NCBI RefSeq assembly: GCF_048260245.1
Contig: NZ_JBLXGZ010000011.1
Location: forward strand, 960-64,959
Direction: 5' to 3'
DNA length: 64,000 nt
From: Kordiimonas sp.
GTDB taxonomy: Bacteria; Pseudomonadota; Alphaproteobacteria; Sphingomonadales; Kordiimonadaceae
Shown: piece by piece, positions 18,408-27,461 of the stretch
How the letters are laid out: each line of letters opens with the position of its first letter
Position numbering within the stretch: the first letter of the stretch is position 1
Notes under the pieces: model-generated
The model's database searches: none
What the model saw: the letters and a program-made list of their open reading frames with translations, nothing else
Told to the model about the DNA's origin: nothing
Made by a program: the position numbers and the translations under genes

Positions 18408-19646
18408 ATGGCGAATGATATATTTATCCTTGGTGGGCACCAGACTGATTTTGCGCGGAATTGGGCGCGCGAAGGCCTCGAGCTTATGGATATGTTTCGC
18501 GAAACGCTGGAACAGGGGCTGGCGGCAGCCGCTCTTGACGCGGCTGAAGTTGATGCGGCCCATGTGGGTAACTTTACCGCTGAGCTTTTCTGCAATCAGG
18601 GCCATTTGGGCGGTTTTCTTGCCGAAGCCGTGCCGGCAATGAGCGGTATCCCCGCTGGCCGGCATGAGGCCGCCTGTGCATCCAGCAGTATCGCTACCCT
18701 AGCGGCAACCGCTGAGATAGAGGCCGGGCGCTACGATATTGTTGCCGTGCTGGGTATTGAGATGATGCGCAACGTACCAGGTGATCAGGCGGCCCAATAT
18801 ATCGGCGGCCCTGCCATGTGGTCTGGCCATGAATGTCTGGACGTGAAATATCCATGGCCGCATATGTTTGCCCGTCTCGGGGACGAGTATGACCGGCGTT
18901 ACGGACTGAAGCATGAGCATCTGGCGGGCATCGCTGAAATTAACTATGCTAACGCGAAACGAAACCCCAATGCGCAAACCCGGGGCTGGGAGTTTAACGA
19001 TAAAAGTTTTACCGAGGACAGCGAGGCCAACCCGGTGATCGACGGTCGTATTCGCCGGCAGGACTGTGGTCAGGTCTCAGACGGCGCCGCTGTCGTGTTT
19101 CTTGCCAGTGAAAAGGGTGCGCGGGCCTACTGCCGTAAACGTGGTTTGGATATCGCTGCCCTGCCGCGTATCCGGGGCTGGGGCCATACCGTGGCCCCGA
19201 TCTCATTCGACGCGAAGCTTCGGGAAGGGCAGCAAGCCAACTCACCGTATATCTTTCCGCATGTTCGGGGGGCTATTGAGGCTGCGTTTGGACGTGCCGG
19301 GCTTTCTGGTGTGGCGGAATTGGACGCAATTGAGACCCACGACTGTTTCACGACCACGGAATATATGGCGATCGACCATTTTGGTATTACGGCGCCCGGC
19401 GAAAGCTGGAAGGCGGTGGAAGACGGTACCATTGCGTTTGATGGCCGCCTGCCGGTGAACCCCAGCGGCGGACTTATCGGGCTGGGCCACCCGGTTGGTG
19501 CCACCGGTGCGCGCATGCTTCTCGATGCATCCAGGCAGGTTGCGGGAAAAGCCGGTGATTATCAGGTAGATGGTGCGGGCACAGTTGCAACGCTCAATAT
19601 TGGCGGGAGTGCTACGACCACGGTGTCCTTCATCGTTGGTCGGTGA
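18408..19646 (+). CDS. SCP2/SCP-x-type thiolase-like protein
   Basis: 412 aa. Nucleophile context EAACASSSIA, HDCF motif (IETHDCFTTTE) and NPSGGLIGLGHPVGATG. Confidence 0.8.
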   Translation: MANDIFILGGHQTDFARNWAREGLELMDMFRETLEQGLAAAALDAAEVDAAHVGNFTAELFCNQGHLGGFLAEAVPAMSGIPAGRHEAACASSSIATLAATAEIEAGRYDIVAVLGIEMMRNVPGDQAAQYIGGPAMWSGHECLDVKYPWPHMFARLGDEYDRRYGLKHEHLAGIAEINYANAKRNPNAQTRGWEFNDKSFTEDSEANPVIDGRIRRQDCGQVSDGAAVVFLASEKGARAYCRKRGLDIAALPRIRGWGHTVAPISFDAKLREGQQANSPYIFPHVRGAIEAAFGRAGLSGVAELDAIETHDCFTTTEYMAIDHFGITAPGESWKAVEDGTIAFDGRLPVNPSGGLIGLGHPVGATGARMLLDASRQVAGKAGDYQVDGAGTVATLNIGGSATTTVSFIVGR

Positions 19647-19661
19647 CGCCTCTCAGGCATT

Positions 19662-19696
19662 GGTGGGAGGGCTGCGGTGGGTTGCAGCCCTCCACC
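19662..19696. terminator. GC-rich hairpin between convergent genes; no clear U-tract
   Basis: GGTGGGAGGGCTGC (19662-19675) pairs with GCAGCCCTCCACC (19684-19696) with one bulged G and an 8-nt loop. Confidence 0.5.
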
Positions 19697-19699
19697 ATA

Positions 19700-21385
19700 T
19701 TACAGCAAGCCCCGCAGTTCGCTCCGGATCACCTTGTTCATACTGTTACGCGGTAACGTGTCGCCAAGCACCAATTGCTCGGGCCATTTGAATTTGGCGA
19801 CACCGCATTCAGCGAGATACGAGGTAAGTTCCGCCAGTGTCAGGGTTTCACCTGCGTTGGTGACAACTACAGCGGCGACCTTTTCTCCCATCACCCGGTC
19901 ACTAAAGCCGACGACCGCAGCTTCCGAAACAAGGGGATGGTCGGTGATTACATGATCCAATTCCTCGGGTGAGATGTTCATGCCCCCGCGGATGATCAGT
20001 TCCTTGCGGCGGCCAACAAAACGGTAAAAACGATTATCTTCCCCTCCGATCTCAAACAGGTCGCCGGTGCGGAAATATCCCTCATTATCAAAGACACCTT
20101 CGGTTTTAGCGGCGTCGCCCAGATAACCGTCAAATACATTGGGCCCAGTGATTAAAAGCTCACCGGCGATACCCGGTTCGGTGATCTCGCGGTCATCCGC
20201 CTGCCAGTCTACCAGTTTGGTACGGCAGCGGTTGGCAAACCGGTTGCTCCAGTTGATCTCAGGGCGCCCAAAACGCGGGAACAGTGTGGCCCGGACCTCG
20301 GGGTCCGGTATGTCGCTCGGCCCGCCGACCAGCCCGGCACCTTCGTTGGAACCGTAGAAATTGACAATCTCCACATCAAATAAATCCTTGAAACCCTTTG
20401 TCATGGAGGGGCTGAGCGGGGCTGAGCCTGACGCAATATAATCGACATGGCTCAGATCCACGGTCTTGTGCAGTTCCGTGTGTTGCAAAAACATATTGAG
20501 GACCGCAGGCGGCGCAATGGTATAGGCCACCTTCTCCGCAACAATTTGGGAGAGGAAAACCTGCAGGTCAAAGGGGTGGTGCATGACAAGGCAGGCTTTT
20601 GCCATGGGCCAGTAATACAGGAACCCTGAGATTGCCCCCATGTTGGTCAGCGGGAAGGGATTGAGCATAACCGCCCCGTCCCTGACGGGCGCAGCGTCAG
20701 CCACGGCGCCGACCTGACTGGTCCAGTGGTTGTGATGGCGCGGCACACCCTTGGGCACGCCGGTTGTGCCTGATGTCCAGCATATGGTGAAGATCTCGTT
20801 GGGCGAAATATCGGGGCGTGTGACGGTGGGGACGTCTTCATCAGCGTCGATAGTGGGAAAAAAGAGCAGGGCAACGTGTGTCCCCTTGGTTTGGCTGTTG
20901 TCTTCAAACGCCAAAATGGTGGTATCTGCCCCGAACGCCGCCGTGCGGTCCGCCAGATGATCTACACCCCGGAAAGCGGTAACGGTCAGATAGGCCCTGG
21001 CCTTCGTTACCTCTGCAGCGCGGGCCAATTCAAATCGGCCGTATTGCATTGGCATGGGGCTGATGATGGCGCCAAGCCGGTCAGTCGCGATATAGGCGAT
21101 GACAAGTTCCGCAATGTTGGGCAATTGCACGATGATCACATCACCGGTGCCGACGCCGTTTTCTGATAAAGTGCTGGCAAGACGGTCCGCAAGGCGTGAA
21201 ACCTGAGCATATGTCAGCCGACACGGTGCGCCTGCGACAAGGTCCTTGCGGTTAGGCGGATCAATCAGGGCAAGGCGGTCCGGCGCATCGTTGACCGCAT
21301 CGGCGATCAGGCTAGCGAAGGTGGTGTCACCCCACCAGCCGCGGTCTGTATACTGTTTGACGGTTTCGCTGTCAGTTGATCGCAT
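19700..21385 (-). CDS. AMP-dependent acyl-CoA synthetase/ligase
   Basis: 561 aa. AMP-binding motif TSGTTGVPKGV, YRTGDL-like FRTGDLF, and C-terminal NSMNKVIRSEL. Confidence 0.85.
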   Translation of the reverse strand: MRSTDSETVKQYTDRGWWGDTTFASLIADAVNDAPDRLALIDPPNRKDLVAGAPCRLTYAQVSRLADRLASTLSENGVGTGDVIIVQLPNIAELVIAYIATDRLGAIISPMPMQYGRFELARAAEVTKARAYLTVTAFRGVDHLADRTAAFGADTTILAFEDNSQTKGTHVALLFFPTIDADEDVPTVTRPDISPNEIFTICWTSGTTGVPKGVPRHHNHWTSQVGAVADAAPVRDGAVMLNPFPLTNMGAISGFLYYWPMAKACLVMHHPFDLQVFLSQIVAEKVAYTIAPPAVLNMFLQHTELHKTVDLSHVDYIASGSAPLSPSMTKGFKDLFDVEIVNFYGSNEGAGLVGGPSDIPDPEVRATLFPRFGRPEINWSNRFANRCRTKLVDWQADDREITEPGIAGELLITGPNVFDGYLGDAAKTEGVFDNEGYFRTGDLFEIGGEDNRFYRFVGRRKELIIRGGMNISPEELDHVITDHPLVSEAAVVGFSDRVMGEKVAAVVVTNAGETLTLAELTSYLAECGVAKFKWPEQLVLGDTLPRNSMNKVIRSELRGLL

Positions 21386-21409
21386 GTGCTTCCCCTCCCG
21401 TGTGATTTA

Positions 21410-21428
21410 TTACTTGCATAAAGATACC
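21410..21428 (+). promoter_or_regulatory. island motif copy c: TTACTTGCATAAAGATACC
   Basis: Lies 25-43 nt upstream of the ligase start (opposite strand) and about 120-140 nt upstream of the tandem HxlR gene. Confidence 0.6.
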
Positions 21429-21550
21429 ATTAAGGAGCGCCGTTCAAATGTCAACAAGGCTCAGCGTATCTGCCGGCAAACTGCGGCCAATCCGCTGGTG
21501 GCCTAGACTAACAGGCGAATATAGGTATTATCGGCGAACGGACGCAGCTG

Positions 21551-22546
21551 ATGTTTTGCTGGTCTCCATCAATAACGGGGTGTTTTGTGGCGGAAACAAA
21601 ATTTATTCGCACATGTTCTATCTGGCGGGCTCTTGGAGTAGTGGGTGATTTCGCCACGCTGCTAATTCTCGAATCGATCTGGCAGGGCGCCCGGCGGTTC
21701 AGCGAAATTCAAAGCCGTACCGACATGTTGAAGGCGCTGCTGAGTGGCAGGCTAAAGCAATTAGTGGCAAATGGTCTTCTTGTGAAAGTGGCCTATACGG
21801 ATACGCCCAAGCGTTATGAATACCGCATGACGGAGAAATGCCGGGAGTTATACTGGACGGCACTTATGATGCTGCGGTGGGAAAAGCGCTGGAGTTCTGG
21901 ACACGCAAAAACCAGCGTGATTTTGACCCACAAGGGCTGCGGCCAGGAATTCGACCCCATACCAAGCTGCAGTGATTGTGAAAAAGAGATTTTTGCCCGT
22001 GATGTGACGTGGCAAGAGGGGCCGGGGGTCGGCTGGATGGCGCCAACCTATAGCCGGCGCCGCCAAGGTGAAGGGCGCCAGGCGGCGGGTGAGCGCACAA
22101 GCCTGTTTCATGAAATTGCCCTTGTGACTGGTGATCGCTGGGCTGGGCTTATTCTGCGCTCCGTCTTTACAAGGCTGCGCAAATTCGACGAGATCCGTAA
22201 GGATACGGGCATTGCGACCAATATTTTATCTGACAGGTTAAACCAGTTGGTGGAAAGCGGTTTTCTGTTCACGCATGCCTATCAGGACGCTCCCAAGCGC
22301 TATGAATACCGGCTGACCGATAAGGGCTGGGATTATTATCCTGTGTTGCTGATGCTGCTGCAGTGGGGTGACAAATGGTATGCGTCCCCGGAGGGTCCGC
22401 CCTTGTTGCTGAATCATAAACTATGCGGTCATGAGCTGACACCAACGGTTAATTGCTCAGCCTGTGGTGGCGTGATTTCGCCTGATGACGTCAGCTACAC
22501 GCTGGTGGAAGGTGCTAAAAAGGCGCCGTCCTTGGCTGAAGGATAG
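21551..22546 (+). CDS. fused tandem HxlR-type winged-helix transcriptional regulator (two HxlR modules in one chain)
   Basis: 331 aa. Module 1 is CSIWRALGVVGDFATLLILESIWQGARRFSEI...TPKRYEYRMTEKCRELY. Module 2 is IALVTGDRWAGLILRSVFTRLRKFDEI...APKRYEYRLTDKGWDYY. Each module is followed by H-x2-C-x9-C-x2-C. The start is uncertain: ATG 21551 or GTG 21587. Confidence 0.8.
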   Translation: MFCWSPSITGCFVAETKFIRTCSIWRALGVVGDFATLLILESIWQGARRFSEIQSRTDMLKALLSGRLKQLVANGLLVKVAYTDTPKRYEYRMTEKCRELYWTALMMLRWEKRWSSGHAKTSVILTHKGCGQEFDPIPSCSDCEKEIFARDVTWQEGPGVGWMAPTYSRRRQGEGRQAAGERTSLFHEIALVTGDRWAGLILRSVFTRLRKFDEIRKDTGIATNILSDRLNQLVESGFLFTHAYQDAPKRYEYRLTDKGWDYYPVLLMLLQWGDKWYASPEGPPLLLNHKLCGHELTPTVNCSACGGVISPDDVSYTLVEGAKKAPSLAEG

Positions 22547-22559
22547 GCGCGCTAAAAAG

Positions 22560-22578
22560 TAACTTTCAAAAACATACC
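22560..22578 (+). promoter_or_regulatory. island motif copy d: TAACTTTCAAAAACATACC
   Basis: Lies 40-58 nt upstream of ATG 22618, the first gene of the seven-gene operon. Confidence 0.6.
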
Positions 22579-22617
22579 ATTGGTGCTAGGGTCTTCTGAC
22601 TGACAGGGGAGCCTAGT

Positions 22618-23529
22618 ATGTCATCAAGCGCGTCGTTGCATCATCGTAGCGTCATTATTACCGGGGCTGGTAAAGGCCTTGGTCGGGCTTTTGCTCACGA
22701 TCTTGCGCAGCGCGGCTGCCGGGTTGTCGTGAATAATCGTGCTCATGAAGGCGTGCCCAGCGCTGCGGAATCCGTGGCTTCTGAAATTCATTCGGCAGGC
22801 GGCGACGCGGTAGCCGATCACAGTGACATGCAGGATGCAGGCGTTGGTGAGGCATTGGTCAACACTGCTTTGGCGCATTATGGCGCTATCGATGGCCTCA
22901 TACTGAATGCTGGTATCACGGGTCCTGCTGCAAAGGTGGCCGACAGCAGTTTTGTCGACCTAAGGTCTGTTTTTGAAACTAACTTCTTCTCTGCCGTTTC
23001 GATTGTGATGGCGGCGCTTCCCAGCTTGCGAAAATCGACAGATGCCAGAGTAGTGTTTGTCGCATCTACTGCAGGCCTGTATGGCGTGCGGGGGCGCGCG
23101 CCATATGCAGCGTCCAAGGCGGCGATGGTTGCTTATGCCCTGACCTTGGCGGCGGAGCTCAAGCGGGAGGGTGTGGGGGTAAACATCCTTGTGCCCTACG
23201 CGGAAACCCAAATGACCGCCGGGCTGGGTGATAGTGGGCTGGACCTGAGCCCCGCTCTGGTGGCGCCCGTTACAAGCTGGCTGATGTCGCCAGAGTGCCA
23301 TGCAAGTGGCGAGATATGGGTTTCGGGCGGCGGATACGTCAGGCGGGCGCGCATGGAGGAAGGCCTGGGGGCCGCATTGCCAACGGATGGCTGCGACCCT
23401 GTGGCGTGGCTTGCGGCAAACGCGCATCAAGCAGGCGACATGCAGGCAGGCAGGGGTTTCCCCGGTGCCGAGGCTGCGTTCACTGATCTGATGACGCGCC
23501 TGCAGGCTGCACGGGGAGGTGCAGCGTGA
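22618..23529 (+). CDS. SDR family oxidoreductase (3-hydroxyacyl-CoA-dehydrogenase-like)
   Basis: 303 aa. ITGAGKGLGRAFA cofactor motif and catalytic YAASKAA. Confidence 0.85.
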   Translation: MSSSASLHHRSVIITGAGKGLGRAFAHDLAQRGCRVVVNNRAHEGVPSAAESVASEIHSAGGDAVADHSDMQDAGVGEALVNTALAHYGAIDGLILNAGITGPAAKVADSSFVDLRSVFETNFFSAVSIVMAALPSLRKSTDARVVFVASTAGLYGVRGRAPYAASKAAMVAYALTLAAELKREGVGVNILVPYAETQMTAGLGDSGLDLSPALVAPVTSWLMSPECHASGEIWVSGGGYVRRARMEEGLGAALPTDGCDPVAWLAANAHQAGDMQAGRGFPGAEAAFTDLMTRLQAARGGAA

Positions 23530-24584
23530 GCTACCGCGTTATTCAATGGGCGACGGGGGCCATGGGCAAGACTTGCTTGCGCGCAGTGATTGATCATCCT
23601 GACCTCGAGCTTGTCGGGTTATATGTTTATAATGCCAAAAAGGCGGGTGTTGACGCGGGCGATATCGCTCACCGCGAGAAAACTGGTGTGCTGGCGACAC
23701 GGGATATAGATGACATTCTGGCACTTGAAGCCGATGTGGTGATTTTTGCGCCCATGCTGCAGCCGCCGTATATAAGCCATGATGCCACCATCATGCAGTT
23801 GTTGGCATCAGGCAAAAACGTTATCAGTATCAACGGCCAAAGCTATCCCGTGCATTGGGGGGGCGAGCACGCGGGCAAGTTTGATACAGCCTGCAAATCG
23901 GGCAGCAGCACGCTGCTTGGGGGTGGGCTGAACCCTGGATTTATTGTCGAGCGTATCGCCGCAGCCGCAACAGGCATATGCACCCGGCTTGACCGTGTCA
24001 AGGTTCAGGAAATTGTGCATTGTCAGGCGATGCGGAGCCCGGCGTATGTTTTTGATATGCTTGGTTTCGGCGCTGACGCGGGCAGCATTGATCCCAATAA
24101 TAGGGGGTGGGCACCGGCCGAGTTGCTGAACGGATTGTATAGCGAAGTTGTCGCGGGCTTCGTGGCCCGCCTGGGGCAGAAACTCGACCGGGTTGAGACC
24201 GCTCACCGTATGCTACCAGCCAGCAAGGATATTGAGATCGCGGCAGGGCAAATTCGCGCAGGCACAGTAAGCCACACACAGTGGTGTTGGCATGGCATTG
24301 TCGGTGGCCAGCGGCTTTTCACCTTACAAATCGACTGGATCATGGAAACCGCGCATCTGGAAAATCCGAACCAGCCTATTTGGCAGGTGTCGGTGTCAGG
24401 CGACCCCATGGTTGATATCCGCATAGACCTTGACCGCCGCGAGGGGGACAGCTTCAAGACGTCACCTGAACAATACGGCGTGGCGGGCTCTGTACTCAAT
24501 TCAATCCCGGCGCTTGTGAACGCGCCACCGGGGCTGATGCTGATGCCTTCAGCTCCATCATTCCAAAGCCACATGGCACCCTGA
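23526..24584 (+). CDS. NAD(P)-binding oxidoreductase of the dihydrodipicolinate-reductase-N-terminal-like (amine dehydrogenase) family
   Basis: 352 aa. N-terminus RVIQWATGAMGKTCLRAVIDHPDLELVGLYVY resembles DapB-like Rossmann proteins. GTG start overlaps the upstream stop (GTGA). Confidence 0.6.
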   Translation: MSYRVIQWATGAMGKTCLRAVIDHPDLELVGLYVYNAKKAGVDAGDIAHREKTGVLATRDIDDILALEADVVIFAPMLQPPYISHDATIMQLLASGKNVISINGQSYPVHWGGEHAGKFDTACKSGSSTLLGGGLNPGFIVERIAAAATGICTRLDRVKVQEIVHCQAMRSPAYVFDMLGFGADAGSIDPNNRGWAPAELLNGLYSEVVAGFVARLGQKLDRVETAHRMLPASKDIEIAAGQIRAGTVSHTQWCWHGIVGGQRLFTLQIDWIMETAHLENPNQPIWQVSVSGDPMVDIRIDLDRREGDSFKTSPEQYGVAGSVLNSIPALVNAPPGLMLMPSAPSFQSHMAP

Positions 24585-24605
24585 ATACACGTGAGGGAGA
24601 AACAG

Positions 24606-26081
24606 ATGACTGCCACACTGGTCAACACGGTCGAGACCACCATCAAGCCCAACGAACACCCCTATATGAACGGTGCCTGGACACCGGTGCATGCAGAATA
24701 TGATGCTACGGATATGCAGGTGATTGGTGATATTCCAACAGACATTGCCGGGGTATATGTGCGCAATAGTGAAAACCCGGTGCATGACCCTATCGGAAAG
24801 TACCACCCTTTCGACGGTGACGCTATGCTACACATGATGCGTTTCCGAGACGGTAAGGCCGAATATCGCAACCGTTTTGTGCGTACCGATGGTTTTATCG
24901 CAGAAGCTGACGCTGGCCATGCGCTTTGGGCAGGCATTGCGGAAAACCCGAAAAAATCCCTGCGGCCGGGATGGGGCGCGCAGGGTGCACTGAAGGATTC
25001 CTCGTCAACTGATGTGGTAATCCATGCGGGCAAGGTGTTGTCTACCTTCTATCAATGCGGTGAGGGATACAGGCTCGACCCCTACACACTGGAGGGTTTA
25101 GGCAAGGAAGGCTGGGTGCCGGCAGATGGTATTTCCGCTCACCCCAAGGTAGACGAAGCGACCGGCGAGATGCTGTTTTTCAATTATTCAAAGAATGCCC
25201 CGTTCATGCATTATGGTGTGGTGGGTGCAGATAATGAGCTCAAGCATTATATCCCGGTGGAATTGCCCGGCCCGCGTCTGCCGCACGACATGGGGTTTAC
25301 CGAAAATTATTCGATCCTCGGCGACTTTCCCCTGTTCTGGGACCCTGAAGGGCTAAAACATGGTTTTCACACCAGCCGCTTTTTCCCTGATATGCCGTCG
25401 CGATTTGCCATAATCCCGCGGTTTGGCGACGTATCAGATATCAAATGGTTTGAGGCTGCGCCCACCTATATGCTGCACTGGATGAACGCCTACGAAGAAG
25501 GTGACGAGGTCGTGCTGGACGGTTATTTCCAGGAAGAGCCTTATCCAAAACCACTGGAAGGATTACCGCCAGGGGCCGGGTTGATGATGGCCTTTCTGGA
25601 TGAACATTCCTTCAAGCCAAAACTGCACCGCTGGCGCTTCAATCTGAAAACCGGTGAGACAAAGGAAGAACGTCTGGATGACCGCATTCTTGAGTTCGGT
25701 TCCTTCAACCAGAAGATTGCGGGCAGGCGTGGTCGCTACCTCTATAGCACGACAACAAGGCCGGGTTGGTTCCTGTTTACGGGGGTGGTCAAACATGACC
25801 TCGACACCGGTAAAAGCTGGTCATGCGATTTTGGCAAGGGCCGCTTTGGCAGCGAGGCGCCGTTTGTGCCGCGACTGAACGCCAAAACCGAAGATGATGG
25901 CTATCTGATCAGCTTTATCACAGACATGGTTGAAGACCGGTCCGAGTGTGTGTTGCTGGATGCTCAGCACGTTGAGGCTGGCCCTGTGTGCCGCATTATC
26001 CTGCCGCACCGTATTTCAAGCGGTACCCACGCCTGTTGGGCCAATGACAGTGACATAGAAAACCCGGGCGGCCATGCCTGA
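24606..26081 (+). CDS. carotenoid oxygenase family protein (carotenoid/apocarotenoid/stilbene-cleaving dioxygenase type)
   Basis: I moved the start to ATG 24606 after GAGGGAGAAA. NGAWTPV...HPFDGDAMLH, and four His contexts (SAHPKVD, LPHDMGFTENY, YMLHWMNAYE, SSGTHACW) match the four-His iron site of the family. Confidence 0.9.
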   Translation: MTATLVNTVETTIKPNEHPYMNGAWTPVHAEYDATDMQVIGDIPTDIAGVYVRNSENPVHDPIGKYHPFDGDAMLHMMRFRDGKAEYRNRFVRTDGFIAEADAGHALWAGIAENPKKSLRPGWGAQGALKDSSSTDVVIHAGKVLSTFYQCGEGYRLDPYTLEGLGKEGWVPADGISAHPKVDEATGEMLFFNYSKNAPFMHYGVVGADNELKHYIPVELPGPRLPHDMGFTENYSILGDFPLFWDPEGLKHGFHTSRFFPDMPSRFAIIPRFGDVSDIKWFEAAPTYMLHWMNAYEEGDEVVLDGYFQEEPYPKPLEGLPPGAGLMMAFLDEHSFKPKLHRWRFNLKTGETKEERLDDRILEFGSFNQKIAGRRGRYLYSTTTRPGWFLFTGVVKHDLDTGKSWSCDFGKGRFGSEAPFVPRLNAKTEDDGYLISFITDMVEDRSECVLLDAQHVEAGPVCRIILPHRISSGTHACWANDSDIENPGGHA

Positions 26082-26119
26082 AGGACAATGAGCCTGCAGT
26101 ATAATGGGGGAGAGTATCA

Positions 26120-26917
26120 ATGGGTTCTGTAAGTTTGCCTGAGTTACTGGCATATGACTTTCTTGTGCTGATCGGCTGTATGCTGCTGCTGTGGCTTATT
26201 TCGATACGGCTAGGCGATGTATCGTTTGTGGACAGCTTTTGGGCCGCCGGGTTTGTGGTGGTCGCCGCGTTTGCCTATTGCTTCGCAGGGGGAGACGGCG
26301 CGCAGAGGCAGCTCGTGTTGATCGTCACGGCGGTATGGGGGTCAAGGCTGGCGCTTTACCTGTTCTGGCGGTGGCGGCATGACGGGCCGGACGCACGTTA
26401 TGTCGCGATGGTTGCCAGAGTGAAGGGCAGCGTTCCCTTGTTCACCCTGAAGAACGTTTTCCTGCTGCAGGGCGTGATGCTTTGGATTGTCTCCCTGCCG
26501 ATCCAGTTTGTGATGGCGGCCCCGGCGGGGGCAATGCTGGGAAGCCTCGCACTTGCCGGTGGCATCCTTGCGGCTATCGGCATTTTCTTCGAGACAGTGG
26601 GTGATTGGCAGATGGCACGGTTTCGGGCCGACCCTGCCAACAAAGGGCAGGTGATGGACCGGGGCCTGTGGCGCTACACCCGGCATCCCAACTATTTTGG
26701 CGACGCCTGTGTTTTCTGGGGGCTGTATTTGGTCGCACTTGAGGTTGAACACGGCATGTGGTCGGTGTTTGGCCCGCTTCTGTTGACCTGGACGCTGGTA
26801 AAATGGTCGGGCGCCGCCCTGCTGGAGCGGCGGCTTTCGCGCTCAAAGCCTGGCTATGAGGCTTATCTTGCGCGCACCAGCAGCTTTATTCCCTGGTTTC
26901 CAAAGAAGGGTAAGTAG
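26120..26917 (+). CDS. DUF1295 family membrane protein (steroid-5-alpha-reductase/ICMT-like fold)
   Basis: 265 aa and multi-pass hydrophobic. RYTRHPNYFGDACVFWGL block. Confidence 0.8.
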   Translation: MGSVSLPELLAYDFLVLIGCMLLLWLISIRLGDVSFVDSFWAAGFVVVAAFAYCFAGGDGAQRQLVLIVTAVWGSRLALYLFWRWRHDGPDARYVAMVARVKGSVPLFTLKNVFLLQGVMLWIVSLPIQFVMAAPAGAMLGSLALAGGILAAIGIFFETVGDWQMARFRADPANKGQVMDRGLWRYTRHPNYFGDACVFWGLYLVALEVEHGMWSVFGPLLLTWTLVKWSGAALLERRLSRSKPGYEAYLARTSSFIPWFPKKGK

Positions 26918-26918
26918 A

Positions 26919-27461
26919 ATGCAGTATGACGATAAAGCCATCCGTGCGTTGCTTGACAAAAAGGCGATCGAAGAGGTGCTTGTACGCTATTGCCGTGGTG
27001 CTGACCGGGGTGATGCCGACCTGATTGCAAGCGCCTACCACGACGACGCAGTGGAAGATCACGGCGGCACCTTTCTGGGGTCTGCCCGTGACTATCTTGA
27101 CCTCTTGCGCAAAGTACTGCCTGCGGCCGGCCGCATGAGCCATGCCATTACCAACATGCTGGTGGAGCTTGAGGATGACACCCAAGCTACAAGCGAGTGT
27201 TACATCCTGACTTTCTCCCGGCGTGGTGAGGGAGAGGACGGTTACGACAGCCTCACAATGGCGCGCCTCATTGACAAGTTTGAAAAGCGTGACGGGGAAT
27301 GGCGCATTGCCCATCGTCGGTTGGCGTGGGAATGGAACCATGAAATGCCCATCCGCGAAACCTGGGGCCGGGGTATGATTGCCCCTGACCCGGATAGCCT
27401 GATACGCGGCGGCAAGGTGCCGGATGATATTCTCTATAATTTCAGTTTCGGGAGGGATTAA
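26919..27461 (+). CDS. NTF2-fold protein, SnoaL_4-like
   Basis: I moved the start to ATG 26919, 1 nt after the upstream stop. KKAIEEVLVRYCRGADRGDADLIASAYHDDA...RDGEWRIAHRRLAWEWN. Paralogue of 28213-28740. Confidence 0.75.
   Translation: MQYDDKAIRALLDKKAIEEVLVRYCRGADRGDADLIASAYHDDAVEDHGGTFLGSARDYLDLLRKVLPAAGRMSHAITNMLVELEDDTQATSECYILTFSRRGEGEDGYDSLTMARLIDKFEKRDGEWRIAHRRLAWEWNHEMPIRETWGRGMIAPDPDSLIRGGKVPDDILYNFSFGRD

Noticed and set aside
20408-20427. Tandem 10-bp repeat GGGGCTGAGC x2.
   Set aside because: It lies inside the acyl-CoA ligase coding sequence, where the minus strand encodes SAPLSPS. It is an ordinary coding microrepeat with no frame disruption.
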